From: an uncultured Sutterella sp.
Lineage (GTDB): Bacteria > Pseudomonadota > Gammaproteobacteria > Burkholderiales > Burkholderiaceae_F
DNA: 64,000 nt
Assembly: GCA_905206365.1 (NCBI GenBank)
Contig: CAJLHF010000003.1
Location: 2,589-66,588, forward strand
Direction: 5' to 3'
Positions 18,805 through 28,700 of the stretch are shown piece after piece (position 1 is the first letter of the stretch; each line of letters begins with the position of its first letter). Position numbers and translations under genes: made by a program. A model generated the notes under the pieces. The model ran no database searches and was not told where the DNA came from. It saw nothing but the letters and a program-made list of their open reading frames with translations.

Positions 18805-18845
18805 AAACCCCATGCGGACTACCGCATGGGGTTCAACATTTTGAA
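18805..18845 (+). terminator. Hairpin downstream of the flavoprotein gene
   Basis: CCCCATGCGG-acta-CCGCATGGGG perfect 10-bp stem, followed by TTCAACATTTT (weak T tract). Confidence 0.45.
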
Positions 18846-18865
18846 CAGGTCGACCGAAAACAACC

Positions 18866-18916
18866 ACAAGGCGGAGGGCGTTGAGCTTGAACTCATGAGT
18901 GAGCCGGCGGCGGGGT
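18866..18916 (+). repeat. 51-bp direct repeat, copy 2 (right boundary of the LysR-flavoprotein segment)
   Basis: ACAAGGCGGAGGGCGTTGAGCTTGAACTCATGAGTGAGCCGGCGGCGGGG; 47/51 identical to copy 1. Confidence 0.7.
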
Positions 18917-18920
18917 GCGA

Positions 18921-18972
18921 AAAAATGGCAAAAGAAAACGGCCGGAAGCGCGTGAAGCGTATCCGGCCGTTT
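18921..18972 (-). terminator. Rho-independent terminator of the dicarboxylate symporter gene (minus strand)
   Basis: AACGGCCGGA...TCCGGCCGTT perfect 10-bp stem; on the minus strand it is followed by TTTTCTTTTGCCATTTTTT. Confidence 0.5.
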
Positions 18973-19036
18973 GGTCTCGGAAGCGTCGCAAGTCTCGCTG
19001 TCGGAGGAATCGGAGGCTTGCGGCGGTTTCCGGGAA

Positions 19037-20269
19037 TCAGGCTTCGCCTTCGACGTAGGGTTCCTTGCCGAGGTCGCCTTCGAGGTTCGTGACGATAACC
19101 GCGGAGGCCACGTCGCCCACCACGTTGATCGAGGTGCGGATCATGTCGAGGATACGGTCGATGCCGGCAATGAGCGCCACGGCTTCAAGCGGGATGCCGA
19201 CCTGCGTGAAGACGATCGTCGTCATGATGAGACCCGCACCGGGGACGCCTGCGGTGCCGACGGCGGCGAGAACGCCCATCAGAACGATCGTCATCTGGTC
19301 GACCATCGTGAGGTCAAGCCCGTAGACTTCCGCGGCGAAGATCGAACACACACCCATGTAGACGGCCGTGCCGTTCATGTTGATGGTGTTGCCGAGCGGA
19401 ATCGAGAAGGAGGCGATGCTCTTGGTCGCACCGAGACGGCGGGCGGCGGCGAGATTCGCCGGAAGAGCCGCAGCCGACGAGCAGGTCGTGAAGGCGATGA
19501 GCCAGGGCTCGAAAATGCCGCGCAGGAACTTCATCATCGGAATGCGCGCCAGGATGTAGACGAGCGGGATGAGAACGAGGAAGACGAGGGTCGCCGTTGC
19601 GAGGAAGGAGGACAGAATGAGCTGGAAGAGGGGCAGCAACACCTGAAGGCCGTGACGCGAAACCGTGTAGGCCATCAAACCGAAGACGCCGATCGGAGCG
19701 TAGTGCATGACCATGTTCGTCACGCGCACCATCGTGTCGCCCACGAGTTCGAAGAACTTGAGCACGGGCTTGCCGCGTTCACCGAGGCCGGCAAGCGCGA
19801 AGCCGAAGATCACCGCAAAGAAGATGATCTGAAGCATGTTGCCCTTGGCAAAGGCTTCCATCGGGTTGATCGGCACGATGTCAAGGAGCGTATCGACGAG
19901 CGCCGGAGGCGTCACCTGCTTGGCCTGGAGGCCTTCGGTCGAGAGGTTGATCCCGAGGCCGGGCTGAATGACGGAAGCGAAAACGAGACCGATCGCCACG
20001 GAGACGGCCGTCGTGATCGCATAGACGCAGAGGACCTTCGTCGCGACGCGCCCGAGCTTGGACGTGTCGGAGATGCCGGCCGCACCGGCGATGATGGTGG
20101 CGATCACCAACGGAACGACCACCATGCGGATCAAACGAATAAAGAGCGTGCCGAGCGGCTGCAGGTATGTCTGCGCAAAGCTTGAATCGACCACGGCACC
20201 GACGGCGATACCGAGTGCAAGGCCGATCATCATCTGCCATGCAAGGCTGATTTTCATTTTGGAGGCCAT
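19037..20269 (-). CDS. Dicarboxylate/amino acid:cation symporter (DAACS family; DctA/GltP-like C4-dicarboxylate transporter)
   Basis: 410 aa from internal ATG with RBS GGTGGAGATA; multiple TM segments and the family-typical re-entrant-loop serine-rich motifs (SSAAALPA...); the first 44 codons of ORF 19037..20401 are not coding. Confidence 0.85.
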   Translation of the reverse strand: MASKMKISLAWQMMIGLALGIAVGAVVDSSFAQTYLQPLGTLFIRLIRMVVVPLVIATIIAGAAGISDTSKLGRVATKVLCVYAITTAVSVAIGLVFASVIQPGLGINLSTEGLQAKQVTPPALVDTLLDIVPINPMEAFAKGNMLQIIFFAVIFGFALAGLGERGKPVLKFFELVGDTMVRVTNMVMHYAPIGVFGLMAYTVSRHGLQVLLPLFQLILSSFLATATLVFLVLIPLVYILARIPMMKFLRGIFEPWLIAFTTCSSAAALPANLAAARRLGATKSIASFSIPLGNTINMNGTAVYMGVCSIFAAEVYGLDLTMVDQMTIVLMGVLAAVGTAGVPGAGLIMTTIVFTQVGIPLEAVALIAGIDRILDMIRTSINVVGDVASAVIVTNLEGDLGKEPYVEGEA

Positions 20270-20801
20270 TATCTCCACCCCTAGCGATTGTTGGAATTGT
20301 GTTGGCGTTCGGGAGCAACTGCGCGACCGAACCGAGACGGAAAACCGTGCCGTTGAGAACGATTCTAGGGAGCGGCGCACTTTGTAATAATGCGTAAACA
20401 ATTAAGTGTAAATACGTAATCCCTATACAAATCGCTAAAAACACTGTGGTTTATTTGGATTTTTATAAAATTTCGGCCTCAAAAACGAAATCCCGACGGT
20501 TTGCGCCAACGCAAAAGACTGCGAAAAAACGCAAATTGTGCACATGAGGGAATTACTCCTTAGTGGGTAGGTTTCGCGTAAAGACGAGAATTTCTTTTGA
20601 GAAACATCCATTTTTTGTAAGATGTAGCTCCGTTCGGAAGGGTTTTGACGCGCTCGAAAACGTGAGGATCGGGTTCTTTTTTTTCGTGCGGCTCCGCATA
20701 ATCCGCTAACCTTAAGCGTTTTCCACAAGCTATCCTCCGACTCCCCGCTCTCGAAGGTGCTTGTTTCCGTTTCCGCTTCCTTGCAAAAGGTTCCACCGAC
20801 C

Positions 20802-21719
20802 ATGCTTTGGCTCGTTATCGAAGTGGCTCTGGCCAACCTTCTCACGCGTTTCGTCGCGCTCGCGGCGGCCCTCTGGGTGTCGCACCGGTCGCTTGCGCGC
20901 TGGGGCGAGCGTCTGCTCGGCGTGGCGAGCGGCTTTCTCGCCACGCTTTCGCTCACGCATCTCTTGCCGGAAGCGTTCGAATCCGAAGCGGCGGACCCGC
21001 ACACGCTCGGTCTCGTGATGCTGGGGACGCTCTTTGCGTTCGTACTCCCGGGGCTCGCGTCGGGGCACGCTCACGCGCACGACCATCGAGTCGCGGAACA
21101 CCGCTCCGACGCGGGGGCGTTGCTTACGGGGGCGGCTCTGCACAACATCGTCGACGGCACGCTCGTGGCGGCGGCCTTCATGACGGACGCGCGCGCGGGG
21201 TGGCTCGCGGCCGCGGCCGTTCTGGTGCACGAAATTCCGCAGCAGATCGGCTACGCGATCGTTCTCAAAAGCTGCGGTTTTTCGGAACGAAAGACCGTCG
21301 CCTGCCTTGCGGCGCTCGCGTTGGCGGCCCTGCTCGGGGGCGTGCTCGGGTGCGGGGCGGTCGGGATGAGCGTGGAACTCCTTCCCTATCTTTTGGCGGC
21401 CTCGAGCGTCGCTTTTCTCTACATCACCTTTTCTGCACTCCTACCCGAGGTGCTCCACGCCGCCCTTGAAAAAGGAACGGCGGGCGCGCGCCTTCAGGTG
21501 GCCGTGTCGCTTGCGGCCGGGGCGGTGCTCTCGATGGGGCTTCTCGGCGTCGGGCACGGGCACGAACACGACTTCCCGCACGCGCACGGTCACGATCACG
21601 CGACCGAGACCGCCGAAGCGTCGGGGGCCGACGCGCATCGCGCCGAACACGCCGTTTTCGACGAAAACGCGTCCCCGTACCGTGTGACGGAAGGGCCCGA
21701 GGCCCCCGGAGTCCGCTAA
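20802..21719 (+). CDS. ZIP-family metal (zinc/iron) transporter, ZupT-like
   Basis: ~305 aa; conserved ZIP helices with HNIVDGTLVAAAF and HEIPQQIGYAIVL motifs; His-rich loops (HAHAHDH, HGHEHDFPHAHGHDH); the exact start is uncertain (20757 or 20802). Confidence 0.75.
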   Translation: MLWLVIEVALANLLTRFVALAAALWVSHRSLARWGERLLGVASGFLATLSLTHLLPEAFESEAADPHTLGLVMLGTLFAFVLPGLASGHAHAHDHRVAEHRSDAGALLTGAALHNIVDGTLVAAAFMTDARAGWLAAAAVLVHEIPQQIGYAIVLKSCGFSERKTVACLAALALAALLGGVLGCGAVGMSVELLPYLLAASSVAFLYITFSALLPEVLHAALEKGTAGARLQVAVSLAAGAVLSMGLLGVGHGHEHDFPHAHGHDHATETAEASGADAHRAEHAVFDENASPYRVTEGPEAPGVR

Positions 21720-21808
21720 AATTACCTGATTTCGGAGTGCGCGCCCGATCGGGAGCCCGGCGGCGAAGCGTGCATTCCTTTCATCCCCATCCTGCGGAGG
21801 ACGATGCG

Positions 21809-22078
21809 ATGGCCAAGACCGCGAAGGCCGCTTCCGAGGCCCTGCCCGAGCCCGAAACGTTGACGTTCGAAGAAGCGCTCGACGAACTCGAGTCGCTCAC
21901 GGCGGCCATGGCTACGGGCACGACGACGCTGCGCGAGAGCGTAGCCGCGTACGAGCGCGGAACGAAGCTTCTCGCGCGTTGCCGCAACGAACTCGCCGAT
22001 GCGCGCGCAACGATCGAGCGTCTGCGCGAGACCGAAGAGGGCGGTGTCGAACGCCGTCCGCTCGACGACGAGGACTGA
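21809..22078 (+). CDS. xseB: Exodeoxyribonuclease VII small subunit
   Basis: 89 aa from ATG with GGAGG RBS; XseB-typical LTFEEALDELESL...LRESVAAYERGTKLLARC; first gene of the xseB-ispA-dxs operon. Confidence 0.85.
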   Translation: MAKTAKAASEALPEPETLTFEEALDELESLTAAMATGTTTLRESVAAYERGTKLLARCRNELADARATIERLRETEEGGVERRPLDDED

Positions 22079-22159
22079 GGATGACCGGGGAGGTCGGAGG
22101 GGGGGTGTTTTGCTCTCCGACCTTTCACATTGAAACTCATTGACTGACGAGGACGATAC

Positions 22160-23128
22160 GTGACGACCGAAATTGATGCCGACCGTACGGCGCAGACCGA
22201 GGGCTCGTCCGAAGCCCGGATCGACTTTTCCGTTTGGGCCCACGAACGCGCCCGGCACTTCGAATGGCTCGCCGAAAAAGGGCTCCCGCAGCCGGGCCGC
22301 GATCCGAAACGCCTGATCGGCGCCATGCGGTATGCGGTGCTCGGAGGCGGCAAGCGTATTCGTCCCCTGCTTTGCTACGCGGCGGGTGCCGTGACGGGGG
22401 CGCCTCAGCCGGTGCTCGACGGCGCCGCGCTCGCGCTTGAATGCATCCACGGCTACAGTCTCGTGCACGACGACATGCCCGCGATGGACAACGACACGTT
22501 GCGGCGCGGTCGTCCGACGGTGCACGTTCAGTACGGCGAAGCCTGCGCGATGTTGGCGGGCGACGCCTTGCAGACGGAAGCCTTCTCGGTGCTCTCGAAG
22601 ATCGACGCCGCTCCCGAAGTGGTCGTGCGTCTGTTGCGGACGCTCTCGCGCGCTTCGGGTGTTGCGGGGATGGCGGGCGGTCAGGCGATCGACCTTGAAA
22701 TGGTGGGCGCACACCCCGACGAAGGGGCGCTTTTGCGCATGCAGTCGATGAAGACGGGCGCGCTCATCGTGGCGGCCGTTCTTATGGGCGCTCAGTCGGG
22801 ACGTTGGGAAGAGCTTTCCGAAGCCTCGAAGGGCGGTCTGGCGCTTTACGGTCACTCGCTCGGCATCGCCTTTCAGGTGGTGGACGACATTCTCGACTGC
22901 ACTCAGGATACGGCCACGCTCGGGAAGACGGCCGGCAAGGACGAAAAGGACGACAAGCCCACCTGGGTGTCGATCCTCGGGCTTGAGGGCGCGCGCGAGC
23001 GCGCCCGGGCGTTGCGCGCCGACGCGCAACGCGGGCTCGATCTGATTGCCCAAGATCCGTCGGTTCCGGAAGGGGCGCTCGTGCGTCTTACCGAAATTGC
23101 CGACTACGTCGTCGCCCGCAGCTACTGA
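22160..23128 (+). CDS. ispA: Farnesyl diphosphate synthase (polyprenyl synthetase)
   Basis: 322 aa; both Asp-rich motifs (LVHDDMPAMDNDTLRRG and FQVVDDILD); GTG start. Confidence 0.9.
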   Translation: MTTEIDADRTAQTEGSSEARIDFSVWAHERARHFEWLAEKGLPQPGRDPKRLIGAMRYAVLGGGKRIRPLLCYAAGAVTGAPQPVLDGAALALECIHGYSLVHDDMPAMDNDTLRRGRPTVHVQYGEACAMLAGDALQTEAFSVLSKIDAAPEVVVRLLRTLSRASGVAGMAGGQAIDLEMVGAHPDEGALLRMQSMKTGALIVAAVLMGAQSGRWEELSEASKGGLALYGHSLGIAFQVVDDILDCTQDTATLGKTAGKDEKDDKPTWVSILGLEGARERARALRADAQRGLDLIAQDPSVPEGALVRLTEIADYVVARSY

Positions 23129-23164
23129 TACCCCGAAGGGGACCCCGAACGATAGGAGATCGTC

Positions 23165-25066
23165 GTGAGCAACTATCCGCTTCTTGACACCATCAACAGC
23201 CCCGAAGACCTGCGTCGCCTGCCCGAGGACGAACTTCCCGAGGTGGCCGAGGAATTGCGCGGCTTCATGGTGGAGAGCGTTTCGAAGACGGGTGGACACC
23301 TCTCGAGTTCGCTCGGCGCGACGGAATTGGCTGTGGCGATCCATTACGTGTTCGATACGCCGCGCGACCGCATCATTTGGGATGTGGGTCATCAGGCGTA
23401 CGCCCACAAGATCCTCACGGGGCGCCGTGAACAGATGGCAACCCTCCGACGTCACCACGGTCTTTCGGGCTTTCCGAAGCGCAGCGAGTCCGAGTACGAC
23501 GCTTTCGGCACGGCCCACTCGTCGACTTCGATTTCCGCGGCGCTCGGCATGGCCGTTGCGGATAAGCTCAAGGGGGACGATCGCTGGCATGTGGCCGTGA
23601 TCGGCGACGGCGCTCTGACGGGCGGCATGGCGATCGAAGCCCTGAACGATGCGGGCGTCTATAAAAAGGGCGTGCGTCTGCTCATCATCCTGAACGACAA
23701 CGACTGCTCGATTTCGCCTGCGGTCGGGGCTCTCTCGGGGCATCTTGCGAAGATCGTCTCGACCCGTGCCTTCACGGGCGCGCGCGAACTGAGCAAAAAG
23801 GTCTTGAAGCCCGTCCCCGGCCTCTGGGAAGTCGCCAAGCGCATGGAAAAGCAGGCGATCAACTTCGTGAGTCCCCCGTCGGGCATCTTCAGCAGCTTCG
23901 ACATCAATTACTACGGCCCCGTCGACGGTCACAACCTCGAAGAGTTGGTCGACATCCTTCGCAACCTGAAGGCGCTCGATTGCCCGATTGTTCTGCACGT
24001 GACGACGAAAAAGGGGAAGGGATACGCACCTGCGGAAGCCGATCCGACGACGTATCACGGCGTCTCGACCTTTGATCCTGCGGTGGGGATCGTTTCCTCG
24101 GGGAAACCGTCGAAGCCCACCTTCACGCAGGTCTTCAGTCGCTGGATCTGCGACACGGCCGCGCGCGACGGGCGTCTCTACGGGATCACGCCCGCGATGC
24201 GGGAAGGTTCGGGTCTCGTCGAATTCGAGAAGTCCTTCCCGGATCGGTACCGCGACGTGGCGATCGCCGAGCAGCATGCGGTGACGTATGCGGCGGGGCT
24301 CGCCTGCGAAGGGATGAAGCCCGTCGTGGCGATTTATTCGACCTTTCTGCAGCGTGCGATCGACCAGGTGATTCACGACGTCGCGCTCCAGAACCTGCCG
24401 GTGGTCTTTGCGGTCGACCGTGCTGGGCTCGTGGGGGCGGACGGCGCCACGCATCACGGAGCCTTCGACGTAGCGCTTCTGCGCCCGATTCCCAACATGA
24501 CGATCATGACGCCCTCGGACGAAAACGAGTGCCGATTGTTGCTCAACACCGCTTTTGCGATGGATACGCCGACCGTGGTGCGTTATCCGCGAGGTAAAGG
24601 GACGGGTGTTGAGGTGACGGCGGATGCCGAAACGGTCGAGGTCGGCAAAGCGCGCGTTCTGCGCCGCGGCAAGGGCCGCGTTGCTTTCGTCGGGTTCGGT
24701 CCCATGACGCACATGTTGGCCGAAGTCGCCGGGCATTTGGACGGAACGCTCCTCGACATGCGTTTCGTGAAGCCCCTAGATCGAGAAGCGCTCCTTGAGG
24801 CCGCGAAGGCGCACGACCTCGTCGTCGTTGCCGAGGACAGCGTCCTCGATGGGGGGGCGGGGTCGGCCGTTCTCGAGGTGCTCTCCGAAGCGGGGCTCTC
24901 CGTTCCCGTGATGCGTTTCGGACTGCCCGATCGCTTCATCGAGCAGGGAACGCAGGCGGAGTTGCACGAAGAGCTCGGCCTCACGGCCGCCGCCGTCGAA
25001 GAAAAGGTGAAGGCGCGCTTGGCGACCATGAAGAAGTCCCCCTTCGGAGGCCTCTTCGGCCGATAA
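23165..25066 (+). CDS. dxs: 1-deoxy-D-xylulose-5-phosphate synthase
   Basis: 633 aa; TPP-binding GDG(A)LTGGMA and transketolase-like domains; conserved xseB-ispA-dxs gene order. Confidence 0.95.
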   Translation: MSNYPLLDTINSPEDLRRLPEDELPEVAEELRGFMVESVSKTGGHLSSSLGATELAVAIHYVFDTPRDRIIWDVGHQAYAHKILTGRREQMATLRRHHGLSGFPKRSESEYDAFGTAHSSTSISAALGMAVADKLKGDDRWHVAVIGDGALTGGMAIEALNDAGVYKKGVRLLIILNDNDCSISPAVGALSGHLAKIVSTRAFTGARELSKKVLKPVPGLWEVAKRMEKQAINFVSPPSGIFSSFDINYYGPVDGHNLEELVDILRNLKALDCPIVLHVTTKKGKGYAPAEADPTTYHGVSTFDPAVGIVSSGKPSKPTFTQVFSRWICDTAARDGRLYGITPAMREGSGLVEFEKSFPDRYRDVAIAEQHAVTYAAGLACEGMKPVVAIYSTFLQRAIDQVIHDVALQNLPVVFAVDRAGLVGADGATHHGAFDVALLRPIPNMTIMTPSDENECRLLLNTAFAMDTPTVVRYPRGKGTGVEVTADAETVEVGKARVLRRGKGRVAFVGFGPMTHMLAEVAGHLDGTLLDMRFVKPLDREALLEAAKAHDLVVVAEDSVLDGGAGSAVLEVLSEAGLSVPVMRFGLPDRFIEQGTQAELHEELGLTAAAVEEKVKARLATMKKSPFGGLFGR

Positions 25067-25253
25067 GCACGAAGAAGTCCTAGGGATGGAACACAACGGG
25101 CCCGGAACGGAAACGTCCGGGCCTTTCTCTTTCCCGACGCCCGCCCGAAGTCGTATCCGTTCGTGTCGACTGTGAGCTCCAAGCCGCCTCATCCCTATAA
25201 TTCTTGAAGGACTACGCATATTGAGCGGAGGCGCAGGCCTCCACCGGAACACC

Positions 25254-26267
25254 ATGATTGACCTCAAGCTTGACGTGCCCCTGGAGGGCCTTACTACCTT
25301 CGGTCTTCGTTCGACGGCCGAAGCCTACGCCGAAGCGGCGACGACCGACGAGTTGCGTGTCGCGCTTGCGGCGGCTCGCGAACGGAATCTTCCCGTGCAT
25401 TTCCTCGGGGGCGGCGCCAACACCGTGGCGATGCCGCGCGTCAAGGGCCTCGTCGTGCGCGTTACGATGAAGGGGTTCGACGCGCGTCGGGCAGCCGACG
25501 GCGACGTGCTCGTGACGGCTGCGGCCGGTGAAGTCTGGGACGAGGTCGTTTCGCGGACGGTCGCGCAGGGGTTCGGGGGGCTCGAAAACCTCGCCGCCGT
25601 CCCGGGGACCGTCGGGGGTGCGGTCGTGCAGAATATCGGCGCCTACGGGCTGGAACTCGCCGAACGGCTTGAGAGCGTGACGGTCTACGACCGCTCGAGC
25701 GAATCGGTGAGGATGCTCACGCGCGAAGCGTGCGACTTCGGCTACCGCCACAGCATCTTCAAAACAGAGGCGGGGAAAGACCTCGTGGTCCTTTCGGCCA
25801 CGCTGCGTTTGCCCGGGGAATGGTCTCCCGTCATGACCTACAAGGGCCTTGATGAGGCGCTCGGCGACGCGGAACCGACGCCCGCCGCTCTCGAAGCGGT
25901 CGTGCGTGCGATCCGCGCGAAAAAGCTTCCCGACCCGAAGGTGCTCGGGAACGCCGGGTCCTTCTTCAAGAATCCCGTGGTGCCGAAGGTGGCCGCCAGG
26001 CCGCTTCTTACCGTGCACCAGAGTCTCGTGGCCTATCCGCTCGGCGGTGCGCGCGTCAAACTCGCGGCGGGATGGTTGATCGAGCAGGCGGGCTTCAAAG
26101 GCTACCGCTCGGGTCCCGTCGGTGTTTGCGAAAACCACGCTCTCATCCTCGTCAATTACGGCGGCGCAACGGGCGAAGACGTGTTGCGCCTCATGAAGGA
26201 AATCACGGCGGGCGTCGGAACGAAGTTCGGCATTGCGTTGGAGCCCGAACCCGTCTTCCTCGAATAA
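25254..26267 (+). CDS. murB: UDP-N-acetylenolpyruvoylglucosamine reductase
   Basis: ~337 aa; FAD-binding PCMH domain (LGGGANTV) and MurB C-terminal domain (GSFFKNP, AGWLIEQAG); start at ATG 25254 (the ORF track gives TTG 25221). Confidence 0.85.
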   Translation: MIDLKLDVPLEGLTTFGLRSTAEAYAEAATTDELRVALAAARERNLPVHFLGGGANTVAMPRVKGLVVRVTMKGFDARRAADGDVLVTAAAGEVWDEVVSRTVAQGFGGLENLAAVPGTVGGAVVQNIGAYGLELAERLESVTVYDRSSESVRMLTREACDFGYRHSIFKTEAGKDLVVLSATLRLPGEWSPVMTYKGLDEALGDAEPTPAALEAVVRAIRAKKLPDPKVLGNAGSFFKNPVVPKVAARPLLTVHQSLVAYPLGGARVKLAAGWLIEQAGFKGYRSGPVGVCENHALILVNYGGATGEDVLRLMKEITAGVGTKFGIALEPEPVFLE

Positions 26268-26330
26268 GCCCGAATCGTGCCATCGCAGGATCCGCCGGCG
26301 GCGGGTCCGCGCGAAGCAAAAAACGCGGAT

Positions 26331-26372
26331 AAAAAAAGTCCCCGATCCTGAGGGTTATCGGGGACTCTTTTC
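26331..26372. terminator. Bidirectional terminator between murB (+) and rpsT (-)
   Basis: A7-GTCCCCGAT-loop-ATCGGGGAC-TCTTTTC; perfect 9-bp stem flanked by A and T tracts. Confidence 0.5.
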
Positions 26373-26409
26373 ATTCGGGGTTCGAGAACCCCGAGCGCTT
26401 CACTCGCAA

Positions 26410-26673
26410 TTAGGCCATGGCCTTGATCGAAGCGGAGAGACGGCTCTTGTGACGAGCGGCGGCGTTGGCGTGGAGAACGCCCTTGCGAGCCATCGAGTCG
26501 ATCACGGATTCAGCCTTCTTGAAGGCTTCCTGAGCGGCGGTCTTGTCACCGGCGACGACGAGCTTGCGCACGGCCTTGATGGCGGTGCGGTATTCGCTGC
26601 GCTGAGCCGAGAGGTGCAGGTTGCGCGCAACGATCTGGCGGGCGCGCTTGCGAGCTTGCTTGGTGTTAGCCAT
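26410..26673 (-). CDS. rpsT: 30S ribosomal protein S20
   Basis: 87 aa from internal ATG ([13 protein letters not shown]...); the N-terminal 50 codons of ORF 26410..26823 are non-coding. Confidence 0.9.
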   Translation of the reverse strand: MANTKQARKRARQIVARNLHLSAQRSEYRTAIKAVRKLVVAGDKTAAQEAFKKAESVIDSMARKGVLHANAAARHKSRLSASIKAMA

Positions 26674-27020
26674 TTGTAGTGTGTCCTTGATGAACGTCCC
26701 CGAATCGGGGAGCCCGGCCGGCCTCAGCTTCATGCGCCCGATGGGGGAGCGTGGGCCCGGCCGGTTCGTGTAATAAAAACAAAGCCCCGCAACGCGTGCG
26801 CGTTCCGGCGGCGGCTCCGACAACCATCAGATCGATCAGTCGCGGAGCTTTTCGAAACGTCCGGCGGTCGCCTGCCTCGTTCGCCGTGCGTGCGGTTGCA
26901 AAATTTCACCACAGCCCGTCGTCGGTAAGCATTAAACTGCCAGGCTCCGAAAAGTCCTCAACTATACCAAATTTCGAACGGCGCTACAAATCCCGAGCGC
27001 CCGAAATTTTCGAGTTTCGA

Positions 27021-28562
27021 ATGTCGCTCATCAAGTCCGCCGCAACGATTTCCGGCCTCACCCTGGTGTCTCGCATCACCGGGGTGATCCGAGACATGCT
27101 GATCGCCCGCTACTTCGGTGCATCCGCGGAAACCGACGCGTTCTACGTCGCGTTTCGACTTCCCAACATGCTTCGACGGCTCTTTGCCGAAGGGGCCTTC
27201 CAGCAGGCGTTCGTGCCGATGCTCTCCGACGTGCGCGAGCGTGAAAGTCCCGAGCGCGGCGCGGCCTTCGTCGACCACGTCTTCACGATCCTCGGTGCGG
27301 CGGTGTTGGCGGCAAGCGTCCTGGGCGTACTCTGTTCGCCCCTTCTCGTCTGGGCGATTGCAGGCGGGATGAGCGAGAACGGGGAGGCCTTCGATCTCGC
27401 GGTTGCGCTCACGCGCTTCATGTTCCCCTATATCGCCTTCATGAGTCTCGTGGCGCTGGCGGCGTCGATTCTCAATACGCTCAAGCACTTTGCGATTCCG
27501 GCGGCGACACCGATTCTTCTCAACCTCTCCTTCATCGGTTGCACGATCCTCGTTGCTCCCCGACTGGAAGAACCCGTCTGGGCGCTGGCGGGAGCCGTCA
27601 TGCTCGGGGGCGTGTTGCAGCTCGGCGCCCAGTGGATCGCGCTCGCGCGCCTCGGCGTGCGGCTTCGACCGCGTGCCTTCGGGACGAGTCTGGCGGACGC
27701 GGACGTGCGGCGCGTTCTGAAACTCATGGTACCCGCGCTCTTCGGCGTGGGGGTCGCGCAGCTCTCGATTCTCATCAACACCAACATTGCTTCGCACCTC
27801 GGGCACGGTGCGGTGACGTGGCTCAATTACGCCGACCGCCTGATGGAATTCCCGACGGCGCTTTTAGGGGTCGCGCTCGGGACGGTACTGTTGCCGGGGC
27901 TTTCCGCCGCCTTTGCGAAAAACGACTTGGAGCGCTACAACGGGTTGCTCGACCACGGCTTGCGTCTCGTCGTTCTCGTCGGGCTCCCTGCAAGCGTCGG
28001 ATTGTGGCTCACGGCCGACGCGCTCGTTGCGTTCCTTTTCCAGGGGCGAAGCTTCTCGCCCGAAGACGTCCGTCAAACCGCCACCGCCGTTGTGGGTTAC
28101 AGTGCGGGCTTGATGGGACTCATCGCCTTGAAGATCGTGGCGCCCGCTTTTTACGCCCGCAAAGACATCCGCACGCCCGTGCGTGCGGCCTTCGCGTCGC
28201 TTGTCGTCGTGCAGTTGATCAACCTCGTTGCCGTGCCCCTTCTCGCGCACGCGGGGCTTGCGTTGTCGGTGGGGCTCGGGAGTTGCGTGAATGCCCTGAC
28301 GCTCCTCGTCATTCTCGGGAAGCGCCGTATCTACAAGCCCCTTGCGGGCTGGGGCGTCTATGCGTTGCGAGTGTTCCTTGCAACCGTCCTCATGGGGGCG
28401 GTCCTTTACTGGGTACAGGACGGACAGGACTGGACGCAACTCGGTTGGGCGTACCGCGCGCTGGGGGTGGCGCTGCTCGTTGCGGGTGCGGCGGTACTCT
28501 ATTTCGGGGTGCTCTTCGTTACGGGTTGGCGACTGCGGGATCTGCGTCCGGCGAAGAACTGA
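27021..28562 (+). CDS. murJ: Lipid II flippase MurJ (MviN)
   Basis: 513 aa from internal ATG (MSLIKSAATISGLTLVSRITGVIRDMLIARYFGAS); 14 TM-type helices; divergent from rpsT as in many betaproteobacteria. Confidence 0.9.
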   Translation: MSLIKSAATISGLTLVSRITGVIRDMLIARYFGASAETDAFYVAFRLPNMLRRLFAEGAFQQAFVPMLSDVRERESPERGAAFVDHVFTILGAAVLAASVLGVLCSPLLVWAIAGGMSENGEAFDLAVALTRFMFPYIAFMSLVALAASILNTLKHFAIPAATPILLNLSFIGCTILVAPRLEEPVWALAGAVMLGGVLQLGAQWIALARLGVRLRPRAFGTSLADADVRRVLKLMVPALFGVGVAQLSILINTNIASHLGHGAVTWLNYADRLMEFPTALLGVALGTVLLPGLSAAFAKNDLERYNGLLDHGLRLVVLVGLPASVGLWLTADALVAFLFQGRSFSPEDVRQTATAVVGYSAGLMGLIALKIVAPAFYARKDIRTPVRAAFASLVVVQLINLVAVPLLAHAGLALSVGLGSCVNALTLLVILGKRRIYKPLAGWGVYALRVFLATVLMGAVLYWVQDGQDWTQLGWAYRALGVALLVAGAAVLYFGVLFVTGWRLRDLRPAKN

Positions 28563-28700
28563 GAGCCGCAGTCGGCTCGAGCCGAATGAGGACAAGAAAG
28601 GCCGCATACCCGGAAGGGGATGCGGCCTTCGTCTCTCGGCGGCTTTCAAGTCCTCGGGGTTCTCCGAGGCTTCCGAAAGGCGAACCGACGGCGTCGGGCG

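Noticed and set aside
18941-18972. Hairpin AACGGCCGGA...TCCGGCCGTT considered as an attachment or recombination site for the cassette
   Set aside because: It is oriented as an intrinsic terminator, with a T-rich tract following it on the minus strand directly downstream of the symporter gene. Terminator function suffices to explain it.
21722-24736. 1004-aa ORF on the minus strand
   Set aside because: It is antisense to the well-supported xseB-ispA-dxs operon. It has no motif and an Arg-rich low-complexity composition.
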